In this document: in pieces, positions 56,980 to 64,000 of the stretch | How positions within the stretch are numbered: the first letter of the stretch is position 1 | How the letters are laid out: each line of letters opens with the position of its first letter | Source: the human T2T-CHM13v2.0 reference genome, Homo sapiens | DNA: 64,000 nucleotides | Direction: 5' to 3' (one strand) | Assembly (NCBI RefSeq): GCF_009914755.1 | Contig: NC_060947.1 | Position numbers and translations under genes: made by a program | The notes under the pieces: model-generated | The model's database searches: none | What the model saw: only the letters and a program-made list of their open reading frames with translations | What the model was told of the DNA's origin: nothing

Positions 56980-57943
56980 TGAGTGCAGTTTGAATCATGA
57001 ACTACTTCTTGGCTATATCATCCTCTAAAGAGTACCAGATTATAATTTTTCTTTGTATCTTTAGTTGGTGCCCTGATGGAATGGGTTCCCTTTTCTGTTC
57101 TAACATGCAAATATAAAAATACTCTTTTCATTTTCAAAGTATAATGTTATTTATTTCTTCTTGTTTTACTTCCAAGGAAACCAAAGTCACGGTATTCTGA
57201 AGCCCAGATATGCAGATATTTCTCATTTAGCATCCCACTGGGACTGACCTGTTTTTTTGCCTCAAAGGCCTTGTTCATAAAACTATACAAACACCCTTCC
57301 TCTATGCCCAGGGACTGTTTAAGAAGAGGTGGGCATTTGCGATTGTAAGGGCTGGTTTTGAGGGATAGAGTTAGGTTAAAGTCAGACCGTCTAAATCAAG
57401 GAGGGGTACAAAGATGCTTTGCCTTTGAAGCTATTATCTGTCACTTTTGCATCCATCCCAACCATAAATAATTTTCTGCATCCTGTAGAATGAAAATAAA
57501 ATATTTACTGACAGGATAAAGATAACTTGTATAAAAAAAAAAAAAACAAAACTCCTGGGTATAATACTTTCAGTTATGAGTTGTAAAGACAGATATATTT
57601 TTTAAAAAATTATTTTTTAGAACAACGCTTATGTTTTGTACAGCTAATTGCTATGTAAGTCTGTAACTACAACCAAGCTTAGGCATAGAATTATGCAAGC
57701 TCAATGCATAGAATTTATAGATAAGTCACTTTTTGCCTTTGGTTTTTATTTATTGGTTTTTTACTTAAAATAATAATTTTAATGGGTAATGAATGCCTGT
57801 CCACATCCATTCTTATCTGACCTAGAGCATTTAATTGGCTGTACGTCTTTTGACTTTTAAGTCCCTCGGCCATACAGAGTCCCACCGAGGGACAGAATGG
57901 ACATGGGGCAGGCAGCCATGCCACCCCAGCAATGCTATAACAC

Positions 57944-58531
57944 TGTAATACCTAACCTTGTTAGACTCTCCCTTAGCTACCTAACTTTGTTTTAATATGT
58001 TAGACTCTCCCTTAGCTGAGAAAACCGGAGGAACTCCATTTGGCTCCTTCATTTGCAAGACATCAAGGACTCCTTACCCACCCCCTTCCTCAAGGAGTTA
58101 ACTTGTGTAAGCTGACTCTCAGCATATCAAAGAGTCCAATTAACTGATAAGGTACTGAGGCAAGCTGGTGTCCGCAGTTCCCAACAATGTACTCAAAGAT
58201 GGTACCATAAAGCCCCCGCATTTGTCCAGTAGATAACGCCCAGAGCCCCCTCACCTATGACTTGGTGGTGAATTTGAAGCCCCTGCACCTGGAACTGTTT
58301 GTTTTCCTGTAACCATTTGTCTTTTTAACTTTTTTGTCCGTTTCTCTTCTGTAAAGTTGCTACAGCTAGAATCCTCCTCCCCTCTCTAAACCAAAGTATA
58401 AAAGAAAATCTGACCCCCTCTTCGGGGCCGAGAATTTCGAGTGCCAGCCGTCTCTCGGTTGCCGGCAAATAAAGGACTCCTAAATTTGTCTCAAAGTGTG
58501 GCATTTCTCTCTAACTCGCTCGGGTACAAGA
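57944..58531 (+). mobile_element. LTR10C/D-like solo LTR (HERV-I group)
   Basis: Starts tgtaatacctaaccttg...agactctcccttagct and contains 'cccccttcctcaaggagttaacttgtgtaagctgactc', a TATA-like gtataaaa, AATAAA and the end ctcgctcgggtacaa. Confidence 0.8.
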
Positions 58532-58593
58532 CAAAATAGAGATTTGCTGTCTGTGGATGTTGCCTCTGGCAAATCTTGGCCGGAAGGGAGAGA

Positions 58594-59096
58594 TGTAAAC
58601 CAAAAATAAAATTCTAAGGCCCCCCCAACTATCTGAATCAGACCATGACAGGAAGTAGGGGACCAACATGTCTCATTATAACATCAACAGAGACTTAAAG
58701 TCTGATAAACATTTACAATCTGTTTCCTCTGAAGCCTGCTACCTGGAGGCTTCATCTGCATGCTAAAACTTTGGTCTCTACAACCTCTCATTGAAACCCA
58801 GATGTTTTTTCCTATTGATAATAACTCTTTCAATCAATTGCCATTTGAAAAATTTTTAAATCTACCTGTAACCAGCAGCTCCTGCTTCAAGTTAACCCAC
58901 CTTTCCAGACCAAACCAACGTGTATCTTAAATGTATTTGATTGGTGTCTCATGCCTCCCTACAAGCCACACACCAACCACCTTGGGCACATGTTCTCAGG
59001 ATCTCCTGAGGGCTGTGTCGCAGGCCATGGTCACCTATATTTTGGCTCGGAATAAATCTCTTCAAATATTTTACAGTTTGACTCTCTTCATCAACA
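58594..59096 (+). mobile_element. MER4 3' LTR
   Basis: Starts tgtaaaccaaaaataaaattctaagg and ends ...aataaatctcttcaaatattttacag...tcatcaaca. Confidence 0.9.
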
Positions 59097-61690
<2,594 letters not shown>

Positions 61691-62773
61691 TCTTCTAGGT
61701 GTCATTCTTTTTATTTCATGTTTAGCACTCCTTTAAGGTCATCCTGTAAGGCTGGAATAAAAAATTCAGGTCATGTTTGTGAATAGTTTTGCATGATGTG
61801 TAGGTACCAACTCAAAGTGAACAGTTGCAACACTGCAGCCCCTTTCTGGGATATCCCTGAAGGACAGTTGTAAAGGGGAATTCCCACAGTGGGCAGAAAT
61901 TTGAGCAGCACACATGGTTGATCACTTTTCTTGAAAGGAGGAAGGGCCAGATACATAATTACGTATTAATTCATGGGCTGTGGCCAATGGTTTGGAACAA
62001 CAATTGACCCATGTTCATGGAATATGCTGGTCTTGCTATGTTTCTCATTATCCTAAAATTTCTGGTTTGATACAATGATAAAATGGCTTTTTGAAGGTTC
62101 AGTTACAATGTCAGCTAGATGGCAATACTTTGCAAGATTCTCCAGAAGACTATCTATAATCTGAAGCAGCTTCCAATACATGGTGCTATTTTTTTTAATT
62201 GCCAGGATTTATTGGTTCAGGAATCAAGGGGTGAAAGAATGATTGGCACCACTCACCATTACCCCTAGTCGCCCACTAGCAGAAATTGTATTTCCTGTTC
62301 CCATGACTTTATGCTTTGCTAGCATAGAGGTCTTAGTGCCAGAGGGAGAAACGCTTCCACCAGGAGACACAGCCAAGATTCCACTGAACTAGAAGACTGA
62401 CATCCAGCTACATTGGGCTCCTCATGTCTTTGAGTCAATAGGCCAAGAAAGGAGTTATGGTGTTGGCTGAAGTGGTTGATCTTGACTAACAAGGGAAATT
62501 ATATTACTGTTCCACAACGGAAGTAAGGAAGAATTTGTTTGGAATACAGGAGACCTCTTAAGGCATCTTTTAATATTACCATACCCTGTGATTAAGGCCA
62601 ATATAAAGCAGAAAAACCCAACCCAGGCAGGACTATGAATGTCCCAGATCCTTTAGGAATAAAGTTGTGGGCCACCCTGCCAGGTAATAAACCATGAACA
62701 GCTGATGTGCTTGCTGAAAGCAAAGGGAACACAGAGTGAGTAGTAGAAAAAAGTAGGTATAAATACCAGCCAT

Positions 62774-63079
<306 letters not shown>

Positions 63080-63173
63080 AAATAGCAGCCACAACCATGT
63101 GATCAGTTACAGAATTGAGGACTATGATTGTCATGAGTATTTCCTTTCTATTTGGCTAACAACCCGTTCTAAT

Positions 63174-63224
63174 TGTGTGTGTGTGTGTGTGTGTGTGTGT
63201 ATAGCTATATATATATGTATATAT
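63174..63224. repeat. (TG)n(TA)n microsatellite
   Basis: Directly visible. Similar (TG)n tracts occur at ~32426-32452, ~51858-51885 and ~56948-56975. Confidence 0.95.
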
Positions 63225-63564
63225 CGCAAATGTCCTTGTTTTCTTTACTCTCTTATTCCCTTGTCTTATACCATAGCATGTATTGACTTTATATGAATAT
63301 TAAGGTATTGTTAATTTTGCATCAGAGTATATAAGTTATTGAATATCATGGAGAAAAGTAAATATCATTCAAGTACTTCACCTCCTCTTCTGAGATGGCT
63401 TTTATGCATTTTTAGTTGTAGGGAAGATATTTGTTTTACCTTAGGCAGAATAACACCTTTGGAATAAGAAATACACATTGTTATTGTCGTTTTATTTGGA
63501 TAATTAAATACGGTTTAAGGAGATACGTATGAGTGCCAGTGTGACAAGGGATGGACTTAGGATA

Positions 63565-64000
63565 GTAGTCCAATTATACTCTTTTAGTTATTTTATAAAG
63601 TACAATTACAGTACAATTAAATTATTATTTACTATAGTCATGCTGTTGTGCTATCAAATACTAGGTCTTATTCATTCTTCCCTTTTATTTTGTACCCATT
63701 AACCATTCACATTTTCTCCACTCCCTCCCACCCCCCATTATCCTTCCTAGCCTCTGGTAACCATCCTTCTACTCTCTATGAGTTCAGTTGTTTTTATTTC
63801 TACCTTCCACAGATAAGTGAAAATATGCAAAACTTGTCTTTCTTTGCCTGGCTTGTTTCACTTAACATAATGACCTCCAGTTCCATCCATGTTGTTCCAA
63901 ATGATAGATTCTCATTCTTTTTCATTGCTGAATAGTGCCCCAAAGTATATATGGACCATATTTTCTTTATCCATTCATCTGTTTATGAGTATTTAGATTG
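63565..64000 (-). mobile_element. L1MA 3' end (runs off the window end)
   Basis: 'ctgttgtgctatcaaatactaggtcttattcattct...cctctggtaaccatccttctactctcta...ggcttgtttcacttaacataatgacctccagttccatcc'. Confidence 0.9.

Larger units (their letters stand above)
51746..58593 (+). mobile_element. MER4-group ERV1 internal region (non-coding, AT-rich), 5' LTR missing
   Basis: Long AT-rich MER4-int-like sequence that ends in a polypurine tract (ggaagggagaga) abutting a MER4 LTR. It is interrupted by MER41B and LTR10-type LTRs and by (TG)n repeats. Confidence 0.8.

Overview
This is AT-rich, repeat-dense primate (most likely human) genomic DNA with no intact protein-coding gene that I can support; almost all ORFs in the supplied track derive from Alu, L1 or ERV sequence or are chance frames. 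Most of the window is interspersed repeats: Alus, L1 fragments of several ages, L2/MIR, MaLR and ERVL LTRs, MER11, MER57, MER41B and LTR10-type solo LTRs, a 5'-deleted MER4-type provirus, an internally deleted ERV1 with an env remnant, and a HERV-L pol/dUTPase remnant. Four things stand out. (1) A ~1.35 kb TSD-flanked insert (10594-11941) carries a DIMT1 exon with its intron flanks on +, but its retrotransposition hallmarks are on -. This fits a retrocopy of an antisense transcript, probably the long KIF2A 3'UTR. (2) A compact GC-richer five-exon candidate relic gene lies on - (26580-27772), just downstream of a same-strand MLT2 LTR. (3) Scattered minus-strand exon-like blocks in unique sequence (9.1-9.7, 18.2-20.4 and 42.2-42.8 kb) may be a decayed gene or lncRNA. 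(4) A MER41B LTR keeps both GAS (STAT1) motifs. Repeat subfamily names and gene identifications come from recalled consensus or protein sequences, not from a search. Boundaries of old repeats are approximate.
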